4,687 bases of DNA, taken from a virus. Lineage: Duplodnaviria; Heunggongvirae; Uroviricota; Caudoviricetes. Below, piece by piece: positions 1 through 4,687 of the stretch. Both the position numbers and the translations under genes were made by a program. Every line of letters begins with the position of its first letter. Position 1 is the first letter of the stretch. The notes under the pieces are model-generated. The model was not told where the DNA came from and made no database searches. It saw nothing but the letters and a program-made list of their open reading frames with translations. The stretch covers positions 1 to 4,687 of the IMG/VR virus record IMGVR_UViG_2778261537_000010; one strand, given 5' to 3'.

Positions 1-813
1 CGCAAGGGGGCCACGGCTGCCAGCGGGTATATGCGCTGGGAAGGTGTCAGCGATGGCCTGAAGGTGACCGCCGGGAGCGTGATTCAGCGCGATGACCTGG
101 TTCAGTACATGGCAACTGCCGATGCAACCAGCTCCGGTGGTGTCCTGCGTGTGCCGATCACTTGCTCAACTACAGGCGCGGTCGGTAACGCTGACGACGG
201 TACGGCATTAATCCTGGTCACGCCGGTGAATGGTCTGCCGTCTTCCGGTGTTGCAGATACCCTGACTGGCGGATTCGATACTGAAGATCTGGAAACGTGG
301 CGCGCCCGCGTCATTGAGCGGTATTACTGGACGCCGCAGGGCGGGGCTGACGGGGACTATGTCGTCTGGGCTAAAGAAGTGCCCGGCATTACCCGCGCAT
401 GGACATACCGTCACTGGATGGGTACGGGAACTGTCGGTGTGATGATTGCCAGCAGTGACCTGATTAATCCCATTCCGGAAGAATCAACGGAAACGGCGGC
501 AAGACAACATATCGGGCCACTGGCCCCGGTGGCAGGCTCTGATTTGTATGTGTTCAGGCCGGTGGCACATACGGTGGATTTTCATATCCGCGTGACGCCG
601 GACACACCGGAAATACGGGCTGCCATCACCGCGGAGTTGCGTTCGTTCCTGCTGCGTGATGGTTATCCGCAGGGAGAACTGAAGGTATCGCGTATCAGTG
701 AGGCGATTTCCGGTGCGAACGGGGAATACAGCCATCAGTTGCTTGCACCGGCAGACAATATCTCCATTGCAAAAAATGAACTTGCGGTTCTGGGGACGAT
801 TTCATGGACGTGA
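1..813 (+). CDS. Baseplate J-like protein (Mu gp47 / P2 gpJ family), C-terminal part; 5' end lies upstream of the window
   Basis: The frame of the 31..813 ORF stays open back to position 1 (codons from nt 1: [11 protein letters not shown]...), so the gene begins outside the window. Sampled GC is high (41/60 over nt 301-360). The product is a soluble protein whose stop overlaps the start of the next gene (ATGGACGTGA, nt 804-813), which is typical of phage tail operons. Family assignment is from recalled similarity to baseplate J proteins and from gene order (J-like, I-like, fibre, chaperone), not from a search. Confidence 0.7.
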   Translation, partial: RKGATAASGYMRWEGVSDGLKVTAGSVIQRDDLVQYMATADATSSGGVLRVPITCSTTGAVGNADDGTALILVTPVNGLPSSGVADTLTGGFDTEDLETWRARVIERYYWTPQGGADGDYVVWAKEVPGITRAWTYRHWMGTGTVGVMIASSDLINPIPEESTETAARQHIGPLAPVAGSDLYVFRPVAHTVDFHIRVTPDTPEIRAAITAELRSFLLRDGYPQGELKVSRISEAISGANGEYSHQLLAPADNISIAKNELAVLGTISWT

Positions 814-1388
814 CAAACGATGATTACATCCGTCTGTTGTCGGCACTGCTGCCGCCCGGTCCGGCATGGTCAGCCAGCGATCCGGCGATTGCCGGTGCGG
901 CACCGTCATTAACCCGCGTTCATCAGCGTGCGGATGCCCTGATGCGGGAGCTGGATCCGCGCACCACCACCGAACTGATAAACCGCTGGGAGCGTCTGTG
1001 CGGCCTGCCGGATGAATGTATTCCCGCAGGGACACAGACCCTTCGCCAGCGTCAGCAACGGCTGGATGCGAAGGTTAATCTGGCGGGCGGCATCAATGAG
1101 GATTTTTATCTTGCACAGCTTGCTGCCCTGGGCAGACCAGACGCCACCATCACGCGATACGATAAAAGCACTTTCACCTGCTCATCGGCCTGTACTGACG
1201 CTGTGAATGCGCCGGAATGGCGGTATTACTGGCAGGTCAACATGCCAGCCGCCACCAACACCACCTGGATGACATGTGGCGACCCCTGTGATTCCGCACT
1301 GCGTATCTGGGGGGACACCGTTGTCGAATGTGTGCTTAACAAACTCTGCCCGTCGCATACCTACGTAATTTTTAAATATCCGGAGTAA
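804..1388 (+). CDS. Phage baseplate/tail protein, Mu gp48 / P2 gpI-like (DUF2313-type, YmfQ-like)
   Basis: 194-aa ORF with an ATG at 804 that overlaps the upstream stop by 10 nt. Its N-terminus ([23 protein letters not shown]...) matches my recollection of the YmfQ/gp48-like family found next to baseplate J in Mu-like prophages. It ends 3 nt before the tail fibre start. Confidence 0.7.
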   Translation: MDVTNDDYIRLLSALLPPGPAWSASDPAIAGAAPSLTRVHQRADALMRELDPRTTTELINRWERLCGLPDECIPAGTQTLRQRQQRLDAKVNLAGGINEDFYLAQLAALGRPDATITRYDKSTFTCSSACTDAVNAPEWRYYWQVNMPAATNTTWMTCGDPCDSALRIWGDTVVECVLNKLCPSHTYVIFKYPE

Positions 1389-1391
1389 TCC

Positions 1392-2024
1392 ATGCATCGT
1401 ATAGACACAAAAACCGCGCAGAAGGATAAGTTCGGCGCGGGTAAGAACGGTTTTACCCGTGGTAACCCCCAGACCGGCACGCCAGCCACCGATCTGGATG
1501 ATGACTACTTTGACATGTTGCAGGAGGAACTTTGCAGCGTGGTGGAGGCATCCGGTGCCAGCCTGGAGAAGGGGCGGCATGACCAGCTGCTTACAGCGCT
1601 TCGTGCGCTGCTGTTAAGCCGCAAGAATCCGTTTGGTGATATCAAATCGGATGGCACGGTGAAAACGGCTCTCGAAAACCTTGATTTGGGAGAGTTGGCC
1701 TTGGCAGGGGTAATGACAGGCCTTTTTGATACCAATGGCTATCTGAAACTCCCAGCAATTATTGATGGCAAGCGAAAAATTTTGATATTTCAATGGATGT
1801 CCATTTCAGCCAGTGCCACACCATCTTATTACAATTTACCTATCGCATGGCCAACCAGAGGGCTACATGCATTTGCTGTTGCTCAAACGGGGATTGATCA
1901 GTCAACCACTGCCTCTGCATTTATTGAAACTTCCTTGGTTAATCAACAAGTTTTTGTTAAGTGTATTAACTCTGCTGGGGCATTACAATCCCGTGGTGTT
2001 AGTTTATTTATGATTGGTATGTGA
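1392..2024 (+). CDS. Short tail fibre protein: conserved N-terminal anchor domain plus a divergent AT-rich C-terminal tip
   Basis: 210-aa ORF with a GGAG Shine-Dalgarno at 1381-1384, 7 nt upstream of the ATG at 1392. The N-terminus (MHRIDTKTAQKDKFGAGKNGFTRGNPQTGTPATDLDDDYFDMLQEEL...) is the recognisable conserved N-terminal region of enterobacterial prophage tail fibres. GC falls from 36/60 (nt 1441-1500) to 20/60 (nt 1921-1980) within the gene. It is followed directly by a chaperone gene. Confidence 0.7.
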   Translation: MHRIDTKTAQKDKFGAGKNGFTRGNPQTGTPATDLDDDYFDMLQEELCSVVEASGASLEKGRHDQLLTALRALLLSRKNPFGDIKSDGTVKTALENLDLGELALAGVMTGLFDTNGYLKLPAIIDGKRKILIFQWMSISASATPSYYNLPIAWPTRGLHAFAVAQTGIDQSTTASAFIETSLVNQQVFVKCINSAGALQSRGVSLFMIGM

Positions 2025-2032
2025 GAACAAAA

Positions 2033-2425
2033 ATGGATATTTCCTATAAATTCGCTAATGGCGTATTTTACCCCAGCGATATTGAATATAAATCGATTCC
2101 AGAGAGTGCGATTGATGTTACCTATGAAGAATATGCTAAAGCCATGAGACGTCCGACAGGTTATAATTTTACGGTGGACAAAGAAGGTATAGTAACGCTG
2201 ATTGAACATGTAATTTCAGAAGAAGAGTGGAAACTGGACATAGAGGCGCAACTTGCATTATTACGACAGAGGGCTGATAACGAAATAGGATGGCGGCAAT
2301 ATGCAGTTGAAAGAGGTAAAGCGACGGAAGAAGAAGTAGTTGCCTTAATTAAATGGCAGGATTACAAGTTAGAGTTAATGCGAGTAGATACATCAAACCC
2401 AGTATTGCCTACCATCCCTGAATAA
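2033..2425 (+). CDS. Tail fibre assembly chaperone (Tfa / P2 gpG / Mu U family)
   Basis: The ORF track starts this ORF at a GTG at 2021, which overlaps the fibre stop; I prefer the ATG at 2033 (MDISYKF...), but either start is possible. The C-terminus (...ALIKWQDYKLELMRVDTSNPVLPTIPE) fits the conserved W-x-x-Y-x-x-x-L-x-R-V-D ... P motif at the end of Tfa proteins. Position immediately after a fibre gene and low GC (21/60 over nt 2041-2100) agree. Confidence 0.7.
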   Translation: MDISYKFANGVFYPSDIEYKSIPESAIDVTYEEYAKAMRRPTGYNFTVDKEGIVTLIEHVISEEEWKLDIEAQLALLRQRADNEIGWRQYAVERGKATEEEVVALIKWQDYKLELMRVDTSNPVLPTIPE

Positions 2426-2433
2426 GATTATTC

Positions 2434-2461
2434 CCCTCTATCGCGCAATAACGATAGAGGG
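2434..2461. terminator. Candidate bidirectional intrinsic terminator between convergent genes
   Basis: Perfect 10-bp inverted repeat CCCTCTATCG (2434-2443) / CGATAGAGGG (2452-2461) with an 8-nt loop. It lies 8 nt after the chaperone stop (2423-2425) and 5 nt before the stop of the convergent - strand gene (2467-2469). Flanks are only moderately U-rich on either strand (ATTTATCAT on +, AATAATCTTATT on -), so terminator strength is uncertain. Confidence 0.45.
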
Positions 2462-2466
2462 ATTTA

Positions 2467-3783
2467 TCATCTCATTCTCTTGATAATAAAACCAAGTAAT
2501 ATGACAAATTGAACCAGAGAGCACAGGATTGAGAAATGGAGATACCTATAGTCAGATGCAGGGCTGACGAAGAAGTGAGGCACTGCAAATATGAAGCATG
2601 AGACGCCCAGCAACAAGCCTATACATTTTATACTGCTTCTGATAAAAATAAATGAAATTGTTGATACCAGAGCAAGAAGTAAATAAATCCATGGCAAGTA
2701 AATATAAGGCATAGATTTTACTGTTTCCACATATAAAGAGCTTGCCTTATTCGGTGTGAATGAGAACCCCCATTGGTTTTCAACACTTCCTTCCTGCACG
2801 ACCCATGCTGGAGTGCTACTACCAACCCTAAGCAATTCATTGAATGTGTCCAATCTTACTTTTAAGTAAGACAATGGGTTATTCTTTATTTCATAAATCC
2901 ATTTTTTACCAAGTGCATTGATTTCATCACTGTTTTCGGTTGTAAGATTGCCAGCCTTTGTATTGTAGAACATTAAATTGTTGCTCCCAGGCCAATAGAA
3001 AGACTTAACATTATTTTTGGTGATGCCGACTTTATCAACGATATATTCAGGAAGTAAAATATCTCCCTTTTCCACGCTCATACCAAGCAGATCATAGCTC
3101 TGTATATATTGAAGTGGTGATGTCTTGGTCACGGTAAGCGTGCTAACAATAAGCACAGGTAATGCTATTATTATTACGTTTGATACGATGTAAAAAGATA
3201 CTTTCTTGTATATGCTATTGCATTTTTTGTCATAATAAAACCACCATGCCATGATTACTAGTGCAACTGGAATGCCATTTGTTTTACTTCCGCATGCAAG
3301 CGCCATTATAAGAATCAGGATAATAAGCCTTGTTATAGACTGCTTGTTATTTTCGATGGAGTTGAATGTTATCCCAATGGACAAAATCATTAGTGATGAG
3401 AAAACGACGTCTTTCCATATCTGCGCGGTAATAAGAATAACTTGAGGTGCAGCTCCAGCTATCAAAATAGCAATAGATAAATAGCCTATTCTCTTATGTA
3501 AGGTTATAGATAAAAGGTAAAGACCAAGCCAATAACAAATCTGGTTTTGAATAAGAAAAATGCCAGGCCCAGAGTCGATTAAATTTAACTTGCTCCACCA
3601 CCATGCCATTATAACAGGTTGCCAAGAATTATAATGACCAGTAAGGGATTCATAATATTGAGTAGTGGAGTCAACGCTCATCCATCCAGGATAAAACGTC
3701 ATTGTACAAAACATCATGAATGCAAGTGATGTTAATATGTATATATATTTATAATTCAATTTACTATTTGACTTTAAGGGCAT
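2467..3783 (-). CDS. Polytopic inner-membrane protein of unknown function; candidate lysogenic-conversion enzyme (gtr-type / GT-C-like O-antigen glycosyltransferase is the leading hypothesis, by inference only)
   Basis: A 1317-nt ORF in roughly 35%-GC DNA (21/60 over nt 3301-3360); an uninterrupted frame this long in AT-rich sequence is strong evidence of real coding. The translation has about 8 hydrophobic segments in the first ~220 aa, with an acidic/aromatic loop after the first one (PGWMSVDSTTQYYESL). A ~150-aa hydrophilic region follows (TKTSPLQYIQ...SLYVETVKSMPY), then three C-terminal hydrophobic segments. Its size, AT-richness and convergent placement next to a tail fibre assembly gene resemble known prophage gtr(type) genes, but it could equally be a Wzy- or ligase-like protein or something unrelated. 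Confidence 0.6.
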   Translation of the reverse strand: MPLKSNSKLNYKYIYILTSLAFMMFCTMTFYPGWMSVDSTTQYYESLTGHYNSWQPVIMAWWWSKLNLIDSGPGIFLIQNQICYWLGLYLLSITLHKRIGYLSIAILIAGAAPQVILITAQIWKDVVFSSLMILSIGITFNSIENNKQSITRLIILILIMALACGSKTNGIPVALVIMAWWFYYDKKCNSIYKKVSFYIVSNVIIIALPVLIVSTLTVTKTSPLQYIQSYDLLGMSVEKGDILLPEYIVDKVGITKNNVKSFYWPGSNNLMFYNTKAGNLTTENSDEINALGKKWIYEIKNNPLSYLKVRLDTFNELLRVGSSTPAWVVQEGSVENQWGFSFTPNKASSLYVETVKSMPYIYLPWIYLLLALVSTISFIFIRSSIKCIGLLLGVSCFIFAVPHFFVSPASDYRYLHFSILCSLVQFVILLGFIIKRMR

Positions 3784-3927
3784 AAATACACTCTTTCAAC
3801 ATGTATAATAAAGTTATGAAATGTAGAGCATTATGCACCAATATTAGATTCTCTTCCATATATTAGTTAGAAATTGATGAGAAATATACCTCTCTGAACG
3901 GGAAAGTACAGAATTTTACAGTTGAAA
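3784..3927 (-). promoter_or_regulatory. AT-rich upstream region of the membrane-protein gene; probable promoter region, elements not resolved
   Basis: About 145 nt of very AT-rich non-coding sequence between the ATG at 3783 and the inferred IS terminus. On the - strand it contains -10-like hexamers (CATAAT, TATTAT, TATACA) and a weak Shine-Dalgarno (AAGAG) about 10 nt before the ATG. No confident -35/-10 pair could be assigned by eye. Confidence 0.25.
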
Positions 3928-4262
3928 TGACCTGCCCCCAGGATTAGATACAACTCTCAGTTAGTAACGTCGGAATCTTCATTCTCAGAATGACCCTTTC
4001 TCCAGCGCGCCGCAAATTCAGACGGTGTCTGATAATTCAGCGTGGAGTGCGGGCGGCACTCGTTATAATCCTGCCGCCAGTCATTAATGATTTTCCTGGC
4101 ATGAACGATATCGCTGAACCAGTGCTCATTCAGACATTCATCGCGAAATCGTCCGTTAAAGCTCTCAATAAATCCGTTCTGCGTTGGCTTGCCCGGCTGG
4201 ATTAAGCGCAACTCAACACAATGCTCAAAGGCCCATTGATCCAGGCAAGGGTTTCTGGTCTT
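3928..4262 (-). mobile_element. IS3-family insertion sequence remnant (one terminus plus the 3' part of the transposase gene); the 5' part of the element is missing
   Basis: Contains the C-terminal transposase fragment described in the next feature. On the + strand the sequence from 3928 (TGACCTGCCCCCAGGATTAGATACAAC) begins with TG and has a G/C-rich block like the terminal inverted repeats of IS2-group elements as I recall them. The upper boundary is approximate: recognisable transposase sequence is lost between roughly 4245 and 4280. Confidence 0.6.
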
Positions 4263-4277
4263 ATGGCAATAATAAAA
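3957..4277 (-). pseudogene. Truncated IS3-family transposase (OrfB), C-terminal ~100 aa only
   Basis: The - strand frame translates to ...LDQWAFEHCVELRLIQPGKPTQNGFIESFNGRFRDECLNEHWFSDIVHARKIINDWRQDYNECRPHSTLNYQTPSEFAARW..., the conserved C-terminal region of IS3-family transposases. The 84-aa ORF in the track begins at a TTG, and the frame stays open upstream only to an in-frame stop at 4278-4280. Residues before LDQWA do not look transposase-like, and the catalytic core and N-terminal half are absent. Confidence 0.7.
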
Positions 4278-4410
4278 TCATTACTGATACTGGCTGCGGT
4301 AGTTGAAACCGCAGACACGTCGTATGCAAGAACGTGCTGCGGTTGGCTGGTAAACTTCCGATAGTGCGAGTATTGAATGATTTCCAGCCGTTACTGATTT
4401 TACGTGCTAA

Positions 4411-4659
4411 TTAGTGAACAAACCACTCGTCAGCAGATTCCCAGGTATCTTTCAGAGTTTCCTGAACAAAAGTTTTAGCTGAATCTTTATCGGCGGTGCG
4501 CGTAACAGAAAGGCCATCGTTACTGGTGGCTTTTACGATCACCTCTACATCGTCATAACGCTTACTGATGCGTCGGGTTAATTCTTCCTTTAACGCATCC
4601 ACAGCACCGTTTGGCATTTTAGTCATTTTTTCTTTGGCTATGCAGATTTCAATACGCAT
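4411..4659 (-). CDS. DinI-family protein (DNA-damage-inducible protein I-like)
   Basis: 82-aa ORF ([35 protein letters not shown]...[17 protein letters not shown]) that shares the MRIE..IAK, DAL..EL.RRI, LSV, QET..WESAD.WFV pattern with E. coli DinI as I recall it. A GAGGG Shine-Dalgarno lies 6 nt upstream of the ATG on the - strand. It is too divergent from chromosomal dinI to use that symbol. Confidence 0.8.
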   Translation of the reverse strand: MRIEICIAKEKMTKMPNGAVDALKEELTRRISKRYDDVEVIVKATSNDGLSVTRTADKDSAKTFVQETLKDTWESADEWFVH

Positions 4660-4672
4660 AAAAGTCCCTCTA

Positions 4673-4687
4673 TACTGTGTTTGTATA
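4673..4687. promoter_or_regulatory. Partial LexA (SOS) box cut by the window edge, upstream of the DinI-like gene
   Basis: The + strand reads TACTGT GTTTGTAT A at 4673-4687, i.e. the TACTGT half-site, an 8-nt spacer and the first base of the expected ACAG half-site, against the consensus TACTGT-N8-ACAGTA. The remaining bases lie beyond nt 4687. It sits about 12 nt upstream of the SD, where an operator would overlap the promoter. Confidence 0.3.

Noticed and set aside
102-1735. Multiple ORFs of 64-132 aa on the - strand or in alternate frames (102..314, 208..414, 484..735, 802..1035, 1012..1206, 1182..1580, 1505..1735) overlapping the baseplate and fibre genes
   Set aside because: They lie entirely within longer, well-supported + strand genes in GC-rich DNA, where open antisense frames arise by chance. 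Their translations are Arg/Pro/Ser-rich and low-complexity, with no recognisable start context.
1724-1752. Possible gix/hix-like invertase crossover site at the fibre GC breakpoint (TTTTTGATACC...CTATCTGAAAC)
   Set aside because: Only half-site-like matches; the two halves are in the wrong relative order and spacing for a 12-2-12 palindromic site, and no invertase gene is present. Kept only as a low-interest note in the findings.
2021-2032. GTG at 2021 as the chaperone start (ORF track 2021..2425)
   Set aside because: Not excluded, but GTG at 2021 overlaps the fibre stop (ATGTGA) and adds MRTK before an in-frame ATG at 2033. The ATG start is preferred; ribosome profiling or N-terminal proteomics would decide.
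1813-2209. ORFs 1813..2013 (+) and 1943..2209 (-) overlapping the fibre 3' end and the chaperone gene
   Set aside because: Alternate-frame and antisense overlaps with the fibre and chaperone genes; no independent signal, and the fibre and chaperone frames give family-recognisable proteins.
3251-3445. 64-aa + strand ORF inside the membrane-protein gene
   Set aside because: Antisense to a 1.3-kb ORF; short and without start signals. Most likely a shadow ORF.
3990-4205. 71-aa + strand ORF antisense to the transposase fragment
   Set aside because: Antisense shadow of the conserved transposase frame; the - strand translation carries the recognisable IS3-family motifs.
4294-4314. 7-bp-stem hairpin (CTGCGGT / ACCGCAG, 7-nt loop) in the spacer between the IS remnant and the DinI-like gene
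   Set aside because: Not followed by a U-tract on either strand and about 100 nt from the DinI-like stop; too weak to call a terminator or structured RNA by eye.
1-4687. CRISPR array, tRNA or rRNA genes, and a phage attachment site
   Set aside because: No regularly spaced direct repeats, no cloverleaf-like tRNA structure and no rRNA-like sequence were seen. The window shows late-operon and accessory genes, not an integrase or att junction.

Overview
This window looks like the distal end of a late (tail) operon from a Mu/P2-type contractile-tail prophage in an enterobacterial host, followed by an accessory region. On the + strand, four tightly packed genes encode a baseplate J-like protein (5'-truncated by the window edge), a gp48/gpI-like baseplate protein, a short tail fibre and a tail fibre assembly chaperone. 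The GC content drops sharply inside the tail fibre gene (about 60% to about 33% on hand-counted 60-nt samples) and stays low through the chaperone gene and a convergent 438-aa gene on the - strand. That gene encodes a polytopic membrane protein and is the most interesting object here: it is a candidate lysogenic-conversion gene, possibly a gtr-type O-antigen-modifying glycosyltransferase, but no gtrA/gtrB partners are present and the function is inference only. Upstream of it lies a truncated IS3-family transposase remnant, then a DinI-family gene whose upstream region contains what looks like half of a LexA box cut by the window edge. No rRNA, tRNA or CRISPR array was seen. All family assignments rest on reading the translated ORFs and on recalled family features; no database search was possible.
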